Source of the DNA: Amoebophrya sp. A120
Taxonomy: Eukaryota; Protista; Dinoflagellata
Direction of reading: 5' to 3'
Assembly: GCA_905178155.1 (NCBI GenBank)
Contig: CAJINV010000001.1
Coordinates: forward strand, 1,290,606-1,354,605
Length of the DNA stretch: 64,000 nt
This document shows positions 13,374 through 26,300 of the stretch, one piece after another. The notes under the pieces were generated by a model. The model saw nothing but the letters and a program-made list of their open reading frames with translations. It was not told the origin of the DNA and did not search any database. The position numbers and the translations under genes were made by a program. How positions within the stretch are numbered: position 1 is the first letter of the stretch; each line of letters begins with the position of its first letter.

Positions 13374-16300
13374 ATGTTGGTTTCCAGTCCCAGTGTCCCG
13401 GTATCGTTTCTGTTTTTTCTCTGTATCCTGTGTAAAAACGTACCCACCCCAGAGTTGTCATGCAAATCTGCATGCTGAAAATGTTTGTCATGCGGAGCCC
13501 GATGAGAAGCATTTTCCAATCGTGTTTTGGAATTTGTCATGCTCCAATCAGCATGATAAAATAGATCTGTGATGCTGCTGAGCTAGCTCAAACAGCACTA
13601 CACTACGAGTCCAAATTTGTCATGCAAAACACCCAAAACTTGTGGATTTGTCTAGCCGAGTCCCCATCTTGACTATGGGGTGGGGACGTTTTTACATAGG
13701 ATACTCTGGTTCGTTTCATTACAACCAGCTCTGCCGGTTGTCGGTTTGCTTGCGAAAAAGGCCCACGCGACCTCCAACACGTCACCTATCAAATATAAAA
13801 ATGTCTGGGTCTGGAAACTTGTGATGCTGGGTGGCGTATCATGAGGAAGCCATAAGTGCTGGCTCAGCATGACAAGTTTCTGAGCTTCTAGTTGTTGCCT
13901 ATTCTGCATGACAAACTGCGTTTTTGCATGACAGGAAAGTGGGGCTCTTGGGTACGGAAAGCGATCGGATCGGCGAGGTGCGTCAGGGGGCGTCACTCAT
14001 TCATTCATTCATTCATTGGGTAACCTGCATGACAGATTTTATGAGTCATGCCAGAGAAGCATGACTGTATTTATATCGCAATAATGAAGTAGAAGAGCAT
14101 GGGCGCGATGGTCAGCAACTGCCCCCTTCTCTGCCTTCCTGTAGCAATACTTCCAAAAAGAGCCGATGCACAGCCAACATTTCGTCGCGCCCAGCCATGC
14201 ATGTCGTGGCACTTCGACGTCCCAAAGGTTGCTTCTTCAAAACTCACAAGTGTGAATTGAGATTTCCCGCCCTTTAGGCTTAGCATTTTAGGCGTGAGGG
14301 GCGGGACAGTGGGCCACTAGGAGGAACAGGTACAGAATCACCACCGAAAATGGGAGTGTGCTTCAGCCTTCGCGTTACATTACCACGGTTGTCGACTCCC
14401 ACGCTCAGCTGGGGTGGAGGCAACCCGGTGGTGTGACTAGCTGCGTACTGACCAATGTGAGCAACCGTAGCATTGTCGCGAGGAGGAGGGAACAGCAGTC
14501 CGGAGACCGGTGGATTCGCAACGCGAGAAGCCGGAGAAGGGGTCAGACCGCAACCTACAGAACACGAATTGGAACCGCGATGAGATGATGACGACGAGCC
14601 TGGATCAACACCATTTCCGATCTGAAGTTGTCATTAGATGCATTGCAGTTTTATGTTTGTGCCTATGTATTTAAAAAAAAAAAAAAAGAAGCATGACAAA
14701 TCGCGCATTCTTCCAGACCCAGACATTTTTACACTTGATATCACCGGAGTTGGCACGACGTACGAGAAATTCCCGACCCGTGGCGTTCATTTCCCCTGCG
14801 AAAAAGAAAATAATTCCCCCGCGGGCTGCCCCGGTTGTAAACTTCCCCGCGAGACCGAATTTCATGGACTGGGGATTGCGCCGATGGATAGGTCGCGGCG
14901 CAGAAGGGGACGACGAGACACATAATAACTCCACTTCGGAAGCAGGCGAAGGTGGTCCTCGACCTCGTCATTGCGTTGTTGCTGAGGACCCAACGACGGT
15001 CGAAAGTTTCGGACCCGCATATGGCTTGCTCAGATGTTACAATCTCAAGCGATACAGTAGAGTCTGGAACTTGTGGTCTTGCATGAACAGCATGAGTACC
15101 ATACAGAGACTTCCTTGGGCTTTTCGCAATACAAATCCCGCCAGATTTTTCACATGGGGTTTGGAGCTCCGAAACCTGTCATGCGCGCTCCTGTGCGAGT
15201 AGGCCAGACGTTGCGCATCTTGCAACACAAATTCCAGATTCTATTGTAACGCTTGATAAGATTGTAACGCCTGAGCGGTTTATACCGCACCGGGCTCGTG
15301 GGACTGGATCATTGCGCAGGCAGAGAGGTTATCAAGTGCAAAAATGTCTGGGTCTGGAAGGATGCAAGGTTTGTCATGCACACGCTGCATGACTCCTGAA
15401 GTCTGTGACGCATGCTCTAGCATCACAGATTTTGTGAGGGCTTCCTGATGCCTATACTGCATGAGAAATGCCCGCTCGCCGTGGCAAAGACTGGACCTCT
15501 TTTGCTGTTCACGCAATACAGATTTTTGTAGAATCCAAATTCAGCATCACAAGTTGCATCCTTCCAGACCCAGACATTTTTGCATTTGATAGAGGTTCGT
15601 CCAGGACCTAAAAAAACCGGTACGCGAGTTCGATATGAGAGTGCATAAGTATTAACCCCCCCCCCGCCCATTTGTAGTATCTGGCATGAACATCAGCAAT
15701 ACAAACACCTGTGCAACATGACAATTTCATGGGCCGAAGGTACTACTGTTTGGGCTTCCGAAGTAGTTTGTCACGTAAACAGTGCGCCGGGGAAGTAAAT
15801 GGATTTGCGGTTTTGCATGTAATATGACAAATGATGAGGGGGAGGGGGGTTGTGCACTCTGTCTCATACTCGAATGGCTGTATGTGGAAGAAGAGGACAT
15901 CGTGAAGTCTCCCCCCGAAAATGATAAAAACGAGGAACGCGGCGAGGGCCATTCTTCGGTCCTATCAACATCTTCGCGAAAAACTACTCACTCAGACTCA
16001 TCTGCTGCTCCGCCGGTCAGCCGCCTTTTGTCTGCCTTTCAAGAGTACGCGACGCTACACCCCGGTCGTGGGCAGCTGCGACAAGCACAGCCAGCGTCCG
16101 AAGTAGATCATATGGGAGTAGAATGTAAGGAACAAAGCACAATAAATCACCACAATAAGAACACCCTTCCTCCAGCAGCTTGGAAAGATGACCAAACGTG
16201 TACTTCTTCTTTGTCCCGCTCTCAACTTTCGTTGGAGATGAGCGACAAGCAGCCACACAGCACGATCACTCCTTCTTCGCTGGACTTGCATCAAGGAAGG

Positions 16301-18267
16301 GCTTCTGCGCCCACTGCTCGTCCCGACGTGTACGATGGTTTAATATTCGATGCACCAGCAGACCACCCGGAGGACGCGTCTTCAACGTACCACGCGCCTT
16401 GCGGTGCCGCTCCGGCCGCGCGGTCCTGCGTTCGGTGCCCTCAACAAGGCGGGACCAGGAGTGAAAAAATGCCGAGAGGCCGCGCCACGTTTGGAAAAGC
16501 AGCAAATGTGGAGTACAGTGGCTACGAAGATCTTGGGCGGAGTGCGACCGACAACAGGCACTACCTGCGGTTCGTGCGAACCAAAGAGCAGTGCAACTGG
16601 CCGCAGGCGCCCTTGATAACACATGGCGGGACCTGGAATCACGTGGAGTGCGTGAAGAAACCGCTGTATGGGCCGGTATGAGAGTGAAAAAACAAAAATC
16701 GTACCTACAGAGTCTTTACGTATCTACTGATTACTTATTTGCCCTCCTGACATGAACTACAAGCGGCAGCCAGCGTGATCACAACTGCAAAATCGACTAC
16801 GTTGTAGACAGTGACTTTTTTTGTCTCTTCATACCCCGGTTTTCATTCCTACGAGCTCATCGGCGAGGTGCACCACGTAGTGCCAGAAGTGTGCCAAAGT
16901 TTGCTGGACCGTGAACCTAGTGCCGCGCGTTCTCGTAGTAGTACATGTACAACTGGCACCAGCCGCAAAAACATTGACTCTGCTCCTGGTGACAGAGACA
17001 CCAGTCGTGAACCAATTGCGGCGAGCAGTGGGAGAATTTCTCGGCGGGATGAGTCCATTGCTTCTTCTTCCTCGTCAACCAGGTCTGAGGGAAGAGCCAT
17101 CACGTCTTCTCACGATGTTGATGTCGAGAAGACGAATAAAAGCTGCAGCAGTAAAAGGACTATGACCGCAAACAACACAAAGGATCTTCAAAATGATCTC
17201 CACATTGGCTTCATCAAGCCGTCGCTTTGTCCCTACTTTGGTCCTTTCTCGCAGAGCCTCCGGCCGGTGATTTCGTGCGAGGACAGCGACAGAGGGACAA
17301 CATCAAGAGGAATGAAAATTTACCTGATATCCTGATTAAAAACGTACCCACACCAGAGTCAAGATGGGGACTTTGCAACACAAACCTAGGAGTTTTGGGA
17401 GTCACGCATGACAAGCTTCAGTCCGTAAGGTAGTGCAAGTTAGCAAGGAAAGCCGCATCACAAATCGATCTGCTGATCCTGTTTACAGCATTACAAGTTC
17501 CCAAACACGATTGAAAATGCCTGTCATGGGGTTGCGCATCACAAATGTTCCTGTCATGGCAAATCTGCATGACAACTCTGGGGTGGGTACGTTTTTACAT
17601 AGGATACCTGAACCTGTCCCACCCGGACCTGCTTTCGCGCACGACCCGACCCAGCCGCATCCTGGAGGTGTGGACGAACATCGGAAAGGCGTACGTAATA
17701 TGGATTGCAAAAATGTCTGGGTCTGGAAGATTGCAACTTGTAATGCTGTCTTTGGATTCCAAAATAATCTGTATTGCATGACCAGCAACAGGACTCCAGT
17801 TTATGTTACGCGGAGAGGGCATTTCTCATGCGGAATAGGCATTAGGAAGCCCTCTAAAAATATGTGTTGCTAGATCATGCATCACAGACATCATGAGTCT
17901 GCCAAAATATGCATGACAAACGTGGCAAGCTTCCAGACCCAGACATTTTTACATTTGATACGTAAAGCAGCACCAGAAGTGGCGACACAGGGTGGCGCTG
18001 GATCTCGTGGCAGGCACGAGAAGGGTGGAAACAAGACAACATGGAGTTTATTCGAAGATGATGCCGCGAAAAGAACGGAGAATAGTTTCAGGTGGGTTGG
18101 AAAATCAAGATTATTGCTTCAACGAGAATACAGTTTGCAAAAATGCTAATGCACTACTAGTAGGTCGTTGTACATCAAACGGTGCTGCTGAGGGTCAGCT
18201 TGAAAGTTGCATCTGCACTCCACAGCTTCCGGAGAGCTTGGCCGCCGAAATCGTCAAATTCGCATGA
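13374..18267 (+). CDS. Hypothetical protein with N-terminal signal-like sequence, multi-exon
   Basis: MLVSSPSVPVSFLFFL-WFVSLQP..NTS-PELARR..FGPA-PGSWDW..ER-FVQDLKKPVREF-EWLYVEE (ORF 15782), then ORF 16811, ..IYL-NLSHP..KAYV-KQHQKW..KFA*; in frame across seven introners. The junction near 16676-16811 is not resolved. Confidence 0.68.
13424..13703. mobile_element. Introner family E (reverse orientation)
   Basis: Direct repeat CTCTG; internal sequence is the reverse complement of 17328. Confidence 0.92.
13787..14740. mobile_element. Introner family A containing a poly(A)-tailed insertion
   Basis: Direct repeat TCACC at both ends; frame restored. Confidence 0.88.
14066..14686 (+). mobile_element. 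Retroposed poly(A)-tailed insertion
   Basis: AGAAGCATGAC at 14055-14065 and 14687-14697; A-tract 14673-14687 immediately before the second copy. Confidence 0.8.
15020..15284. mobile_element. Introner family F (TIR core GCTCAG..GTTACAATCT)
   Basis: TAT..ATA, direct repeat CCGCA. Confidence 0.9.
15330..15591. mobile_element. Introner family A (reverse orientation)
   Basis: Direct repeat GAGGT, which contains AG|GT and so allows exact GT-AG removal. Confidence 0.92.
15634..15868. mobile_element. Introner family G (TIR TATGAGAGTGCA..CCCCC)
   Basis: Direct repeat TTCGA/CTCGA; related to 47063. Confidence 0.85.
17328..17606. mobile_element. Introner family E
   Basis: Direct repeat CCTGA. Confidence 0.92.
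17699..17960. mobile_element. Introner family A
   Basis: Direct repeat CGTAA; 262 bp. Confidence 0.93.
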
Positions 18268-18732
18268 ATATGCAAGCCAATAAAAGAGATAAAAGAACCT
18301 TTTTGTAGACAATCAAGTGCTTTGTTTGTAAGTAGTTCCTTCCAAAACTCGTTTCGATATAGTGACCATAGGGACTAAATTTACTCGCCGATGTGAGTAG
18401 ACTAATAAAATATGTATGACCACATCAGGAACTCTGTCTTGATGCTCCTTCTGCGTTCTCTTCTTCTGTGTTCCCTTCGTCTTTTTCGTTGTTTCTGTGG
18501 CTTTTGGTCTCGCGTTTCGTTTCCTCTCGGCTATCGTACGGCTACTTGCTACAACTAACGAGACGTCTGAACGAGGTTTTGTTGAATTGGCTTTGTCGTC
18601 GTCCATCTGTTCATTGTTGCCTATGCATTCTTGTTTGTGAGCAGCATTTACTGCTCCAACCCCCCGTGCGCGGTAGTAGCGCGACCGGCTACCGTTGCAC
18701 TGGAGCGCTCTCGGTCGTCGTGTGAATTCAGA

Positions 18733-21700
18733 ATGGTCGCCAAAGAACGGAATAGTTGCCACGATCGCGGCCCCCGGCGACGAGTGTTCGTCGTCGCTGC
18801 TGCCGCTTTTCGTGGGTGCTATCATGATAATACCGCCACCGCGCTGAAAATTCCATTATGGATTGCAAAAATGTCTGGGTCTGGAAGATTGCGAGATTTG
18901 TCATGCTTGTCTGGCATGACAAAAGAGTTTGTAATGCGTGCCCAAGAAGAGACGCTTTTGCCTGTCATGCAAAAACGCAGTTTCTCATGCGAAAAACGCA
19001 ACACAAAGAAGCGCAGATATTTCTCATGCTTGGTTGTGCATTACAGAGCATTCACTATTCCCAACACAGCATCACAAGTTTCCAGACCCAGACATTTTTA
19101 CATTTGATATCCATCCCCTATTGGCAACGACCAGATCTTCACGAACGGACCACCGGGACAGGCCAGCCATGCTGTGCCGCATATTACAGTGAAAAATGCC
19201 CCCACCCCCAGCTTGGCAGCATTTGTATTGCAAACCTTTCCAACAGAAACATTCCCCGTCTTGCATATCTCAGCATCACAAATTTTCCATGCTGAATAGG
19301 TCAAATTTGTGTTGCGAAGTAGCCCAACAGCAGCCGGATCTGTTATGCACAAGGCACCTTGCGCACCCTGATTCTGCATCAGAAACGCTCGCAATCCTTT
19401 TATGCAAGACAAAAAGCTTTCATTTGGAAACTTTTCATGACAAACTTCTGCAAATTCCGGGGTGGGGGCATTTTTCACTGTAATACCGCAGCAGACTGCT
19501 TCTCCGCAGGAATTGCCTTCTTCTGCATCAAGTTCCCGCCTCGTCTCCGGTGCGTCTACTGCGACATCGAGCTTCATGAATCAGTACCAGAACAATGGTC
19601 TGCAGACGAACAACCCGGAGGATCCAGTCGTGCAAGCGCCGCAAGGGCGTTTGGCAGGAGATCAAAGTCTTGCAGGAACGGCGTGGGACCCGAGACTTTA
19701 CGACGCGACGGCGCAAGCGGGCGCCGGACCAGGATTTACGCCGCAGCTCCAGGAGCCAGGACAGCTGCAGAACCAGCTTCCACTGCAGGGCCAGCTGCAG
19801 GGAGCAGCCATGCCGCAAACAGTGCCCTTCATGCCACTGTACGCCAATGGTTACAACCCCGGGCAGGCTGCGACGATGGCGATGCAACCGCCCTTCGCGG
19901 AGGCTTTTAATCCCAACGCAATGCCGCCAGGACAGAACTTTTACACTAGCAACTGGAATGCTGTTGCCCCCCCGAGCTTCATCTCTCCCCAAGAACAGCA
20001 GCAGCAGCAGCAGCAATATGCTGCCCAGCTGCCTTCTGCAGCTGGCACACTCGTCACCGCAAGCGATCATGATCCTCTGCAAGAACCTGCCACAGGTGGT
20101 CCTTCGTCCCACCAGTTTGTTGGACGTGAACTACGAGCAAGACCTACGACGTCTTCTGTGGCAATATCAAGCAAGATTCCGACAGCGAAGAGCGCGGATG
20201 ATGGGGGACCAGTAGAGAAGATGAGTGAAAATGAAGACAGGTCTCCTTCCGCTGAAACTTTAGCAGAGTCTTCTGCGATGTTGTCGCCGCCGCAGGCACA
20301 GCAGGCTGGTCCCCTTGAGACGACGACCGAAAATGCGCGCGAAGAACTTCCGGGGCAGCAATTCCTTCCAACTCCGAGCACAGCTACTGTTTCGCCCGTT
20401 GACCAGCAAGTGTTGTCTTTTTACGGCAGCGCGCCACCTCCGGCGGCCGTGGTCGCGCCGATGATGTCCGCTTCTGCACCGACCAGCGCGCCCATGATGT
20501 CCGCTTCTGCACCGCCTCCGGCGCCCGCGCCGCAGCAGTTTGTGGATCCGAACGCCGTGTCGACGCTCGTGCGGCAGGAACTGCAGTCCCAACTCCAGTC
20601 GCAATTGCAGGCGCAGCTCCAGCCGATGCAAACCCAGGTGAACTCGCTGGGGACGCATATCCTGTGCAAAAGTATCTGACTTATGCGTACTAGTTGCAGC
20701 CAGGCATCACAAATCCATACTTTCAACTTTAGATAGCATGACAAACTCCATTTGTGTTCTTGGGAAAATTTGTGATGCAATTTATACGACGTAGTATCGG
20801 ATACTTTTGTAATGCATAACGCAGCTACCGCAGCAGTTTGAGCAGCGGCTGACCGACGTGGCGACCAAGAAAGAGGTCGAGCAAGCGGAGCACGTGGTTC
20901 TGAAGACCGTGGAGGAGGAGGCAGAGAAGAAGATTCAGGAGGCGGGCAAGAAACTCGGGGAGGAGTTCGAAGCCGGGGCGAAAAAGCAGGAGGAGGCCCT
21001 GATGAACAAAATGTCGACGGTGGAGAAAGAGCTGCAAACTGTCGAAGAAGGGTTTCAAGAGAAGGTGAAGGAAGTGCAAGCGGCGGAAAAAGACATCCAA
21101 ACAGAGATCAGCACGGTGTTGGATTTATGGATCTGGCAAAACATTTTCGTAAATTACTGCAAGGTGAATAAACGCATGAAATAAATGCGATCACTTGGAC
21201 GGCCGGTCCCGCTTCCCAAGTAGACATGGCCAACATTCCTACTCAATCTCAACAAAAAAGCATTCAAAGGAGCGTTTGTTTCTTGCAGAGCTGTGCACAT
21301 CCGTTTTTTACGCAATGGGTTTTGCAATCCATACTAGACTATTGAGAGGAAAAATCCCCCCTCCCCATATCGAAAAGGTATCTTTCCGAAAATTTGCGTT
21401 GCTGATTTGAGGTCACAAATAGCATTTGTCTTGCAGGAAGACAAGGGCACCAGAAGCTTCCGCCCCATTATGGAAGCGATTTGTCATGCTGCTGGGCCTA
21501 AAGGTCAGCCGTTTGCAATGCTGAACAACTAGACCCATAGGCCCCTACCTAGCCTGGGGATCTGGCCGCAATGCCTTCCTGCAAGACAAATCCGATTTGT
21601 GTACGCAAATCCAGCATCACAGATTTCCTTTTTGATATGGGGTGGGGGCTTTTTTCACTTTGATATAGACAGCCAAAGCGGCCGGTGAAGTGCTGGAAAA

Positions 21701-22575
21701 GGCGAAGGAGGAGAACGAATTGCTAAAAAAAGACGTCGCAAAGGTACTTACTTACGTAGTTCATCGATCTGGTGTGATACCTCGTGCTCTACTGAAAGAA
21801 GTGAAGGCGTGAAGATGGAGATGAAGAAAATGCACGACTTTATCTTTCTACTTGAAACATAAATTTTACAGATGGGTCAACATCATCACTCTCACTGAAC
21901 TGATCATCTCAGGTTGACACGACTTTTCACAACGTGATGGAGCAAAGTTCAGCGGTCCAGAATGCCACCGAAGCTGTATGAGAGTCGTGCACAACTCGTT
22001 CCGCTGCTCCCGCTGGTTCGTTCTGCAAAATGCTCAGCAATGTGCATGAAAACCTTCGGAGGCCCAAGCAGCACTGCGATGCTCTTGCTGTAGAAATGAA
22101 ACAGAAACATACACTAGAGCAAATGACCGGGATTAGTGGGACGCGTTGTTCACTCTCATAGGCTGCCAGTGCCCAATGGAAAACCATGGAGACGGAGCTG
22201 ACCGGAGAGATGCAACAAGCGAACGCAAAGGCCGACGCAGCACTCACTGCCTCCAATGGCCACGAGGAAACCTTGGAATATGCATTGCAAAGAAAAGTAT
22301 CGTACTAGTAGTAATTGCAATACAAATTAGCGCAGCACGACAAATCAAATTTCTCGTCCTGATTTAGCTTGAAAATGAGATTTGTGTCGCATGCCTGCCA
22401 TTATTACGAGCGCGATACTTTTGCACAGGATATGGAAAAGGCCGCGACGATTCTGGAGGAGGTAAAGCAGAAGGTGGACGCTGATGAGGAAACGCTGGGG
22501 GCCTTAGATGGTAAGGTTGGGGACTTGCAGAGCGCTGTCGGGGCCAGCGTCGCGTCGCCCGCAGTCACGAGGTAG
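18733..22575 (+). CDS. Hypothetical Q/P-rich and coiled-coil protein, multi-exon
   Basis: MVAKE..LKIP-SPIGND..AVP-QQTAS (ORF 19462-20679)..GT-QLPQQFEQ (E/K-rich ORF 20858)..ETLE-KAATILEE..PAVTR*. Confidence 0.68.
18857..19109. mobile_element. Introner family A
   Basis: Direct repeat TCCAT; same subfamily and length (253 bp) as 55-307. Confidence 0.93.
19182..19485. mobile_element. Introner family C
   Basis: Direct repeat CCGCA. Confidence 0.93.
20658..20818. mobile_element. Introner family B
   Basis: Direct repeat ACGCA. Confidence 0.92.
21126..21333. mobile_element. Degenerate B-like introner
   Basis: TATGGATCTGGCAAAAC..GTTTTGCAATCCATA; no clean direct repeat. Confidence 0.6.
21340..21665. 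mobile_element. Introner family D
   Basis: Direct repeat TAGAC. Confidence 0.9.
22279..22432. mobile_element. Introner family B
   Basis: Direct repeat TGGAA. Confidence 0.92.
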
Positions 22576-23362
22576 GAGCGCCGCTGGGGGGCTGGAGGGC
22601 GATATGGAGCTGGTAAGAAAGTACGTCGCCGGATGAATAGATGACATTCTTTTCATAAAGAATAAGTTTCTGGCTCGGCGGTATGATCATTTATTTTCCG
22701 GTGAAGCCAGCGCAAATAAATTGTAAATTTTTTTTTCCTCCGCGTGTCACGCCCGCGCTCTCACGAACGTAAACCTTTCATGTGTGTGCTGGAGTGTGTA
22801 AAACATAAAGGATTCGACCTGTGTCGGGTTCTACTTTTGAACAAAAGCGATATACAAGCTAGATACTCCTGTGCGTAGACGAGAATGGATTCATGCGCGT
22901 TGCTGATGATAATTGTTCTCTTGTGGATGCCGTTTACGTTTTGACTTTTCCAAATTTGCTTTCTTGACGAGGAACGAGCTGTAGAGATGCGGAAAAAAAG
23001 CCCCGGAGCTGCTACTTGAGTTGCGCAAATAGTTGAAAAATCAACGTGGGACGAAAGAAACAAGATGCTGCGTCAGTCGTTGTTGAGAAAGCTGTCTATT
23101 TCCAGCTGCGATCTAGACAGGCTGCCATGATGACCAAAACAGATGACTCAAAACCGAAAATTTCTATAGTGTAGAGGTGCGGCAGAAGAATTTCAATATC
23201 GAAAAAAAGTAGAATATTAACATCTTTCTTGACAAAAGTGCTTCCAGAAGAAGAACAACGAACATCATGCTTCCCTATTAGCGCAGCGTATCGTGCCTTC
23301 AAGCTGCATTTCTCCCGAACAGCTCCTTGCTTCGCACTTTTTAGTGAACCACGCAAACCAGC

Positions 23363-26300
23363 ATGCCGCCCGTGAAGCGAGAGCGGCGCGGGTCCCCGTC
23401 GCCCAGCGGCGACCCGAGCGACATGCAGGAGCAGGGCAGCCTGCAGGGGAGCCAAAATCCGTCCGGACCGAGCGCTCGGAGAAGAAGAGTAGAAGATCCC
23501 AGTCCAGTACCCAACAGGGAAAAATAGGGCGTGTAGTCGTGATGTGCTCATCGATGTTGATCTTGGTACGTATAGACTTAATATCTTAGGATTTTTATAC
23601 AACTGCACAGGCGTTCTTTACAAGAACTTCATGTAACCACGCACAGGGACCAGCGCCGGAATGTGTGCGCGACATGAAGATCTTCATTCGCTAGCAGTCA
23701 GAGCAAAAGTACTATACTAAATGCGTTTTCGTCCTCTACTTGCGGTGAATCTCCATCTCTATTCTGACGCAAGGCAATGAGCAAGAGCATTCTTCTGGAC
23801 TACGACTACCCAGAGACATTTTTTCCTTGCATTTCCCAGTCCCAGCCCCCCGGGTGGACCAGGAGGAGGCGAAGGTCCGTCCGCCAGCCGCAGCAACCAC
23901 TTATCGGGAAGTACTTGATCGTCTTCTTCTTCTGGGGGCAAATGTTTATTTTCCAAAGATCCAAAAGAGAATAGAAAAAAAATGTTTTTTCAAAAGATCG
24001 GTGGCAACATCTTGTTTGAATGAACCGTAAAATGATAAATTCCAAGAAGTCAAACATCAAAAGTAAATCGCAAAAACCAGCCAACGCCGCTTCCTACCAG
24101 GAAGATGGGGATTGGGATCTGAAGCACGAGAAGCTGGACAAGGCGTCCGACATGACGGACCGGTTGGGCCACAAAATCCGGGAAAATTTCAAGTTTTTCA
24201 TCCGCACCTTCCAAAGCCCGCGGCAGGTCGTTGACATGAAAAAGAAGAAGGGCGAAGACTCCGATAGCGAGGAGGACGACGACAAGAGGGATGACGAAAA
24301 AATGGAGTACACCTACGTCGAACGAGTCAAACAGATGGTCACGAAGGGCAAACGAACCTTGATTGTCGGTATTTTTCCTCTGGAGGGGGTAGCTCCGTAG
24401 TTTTGTTTTTGAAGACTTCCGGCCGAGGAAAAGCAAAAGATAAGGGCGACTGATGAGTCCACCAATTATCTTCGTCGTGCATATAAAATTCACATAGATA
24501 TACATATCAGATTTCCGCCACCTGTACGGCAAGCCGGAGTGTGCCAACCTGGCCTGGTGGCTCTCCCAGTTCCCCGCGAAGGTGTTGCCCTTGCTCAACG
24601 AGGCGGTGTCGAAGCTCTGCGTGGAAGAATACAAGGCGCACGGGAGGGATAAGGACGAAGAGGTCTGGGTTTCCATCTCCAGCTTTCCGTGCTCAGATTC
24701 GATCCGGAAGTTCCGCAACGAACATTTAAACAATTTCGTCACCTGCGAGGCCGTCATCACAAGGAGAACACAGGTACGTAGGATGGTTGATTTTCCGTTT
24801 TATGCATTAGTAGCAGAGAAGGAGAAGAAGATCGATTTCTACTCCAGCATGACGCGGTCGTTGAATATGTTTAGCTCTGTCGACAGATGACACTAGGACA
24901 CGCCATATTCGTTGTGTTGACATCCATGCGACTCCCGGGCGAAAGCCAAGCATAGGCTGAATTCCGGTTTTTTTGAGAAACAAGTAAGCAATTTATCATC
25001 GACGCGGCCCTGACGGATTTTTTCTCACGCACAGGTGCGCAACTGCTGCTACAACAATCAGCCCCTTCTTCTACTTCGCGCGCCTGGCATGCTTGCTGTG
25101 GCCATGCTACTTGCGCAGTATAGATCGTGCCTCTTCTTCTAGAAGCTCATGTTCTACAAGAAGCTGCTCTGTGTAATTGTACTAGCGGTGCCCTGGGCCA
25201 CCCCGTTGCTCCACAAGCACAAGTTGGCCTCCAGCTTTTACCGCATTTTCGCCGCGCGCAGCCAAAAAACAAAACGCAAACGCAGGAAAAATCGTATCCG
25301 TTCGAAGTGAAAATCGAGGATGTCCTCGATTATAGATTTAGAACACAAAAAGCAAAGGCTTGCGAAACAAAGTGGCTTTGTTTTTTGTTTATGTCGTTAC
25401 CGGCCTCATCAACTATCAGGTGTTTAATCAGCTCCAGAACCTGTATCTCACGTGCGACCAGTGCGGTGAAATAAACGGCCCATTCTCAGTATGCCCTGCG
25501 ACTACTTATTCAGGCTCGGCGGGAGAAACGCAAAACTTGCTATTGATGCTTACTAACTTGTAGAGCAGTTTTTTGTGCAGCTCCTCGGAATAAGCTGCTT
25601 TGCGACCCCCGCGGATGAAGCACGTACTCATATTAACCTCAACGCAGAAGTGCTTAGAAGTTTCCTGTGGAATTATAATTCTCTGCTTGCCTGAACCTGA
25701 CCGCGTGTTTGCAATGCATAGACGGCAGTAGGGGCCGAATCCGATCCGTTCAAAAACAGAACCTGTTCAAATCCCGACTGCCAGAGCAGGTATACTTACG
25801 TTTTTGCTGCAGTTCATACATTCATTCCCTCATGATTATTTTCGGCTTCTCGTTTCACACAATTTTGCCTATGCTTATGGTGAACCGGTATTCAAAACCA
25901 GGACAAGTAGCACTAGACCAGGGAAAAATCGCAAAAATGTAGTGTAGCCCCCCCGTAAAAAAAACAGGTTCGGGTTCACGGTGAATGCGGAGCGCACGAC
26001 GTATCAGAACTACCAGCGCGTCACCTTGCAAGAGCCCCCGGGTTCCGTCCTGGCGGGGCGCATGCCGCGGAGCAAAGACGCGATCCTGTCCGGCGAACTG
26101 GTCGACACGGTGAAACCCGGCGATATGGTGCAGGTTACCGGAATCTACCAGGCGCAATACGATGTGGAACTCAACGCGCAAACGTCGTTCCCGGTGTTCA
26201 AAACCGAGATTCTGGTGAACCACGTGGAGAACATGCACGTGGAGAAAATGCTGGCCCTCACAATATCAAAAGCAAAAATCCCCCCTCCCCATATCGAAAA

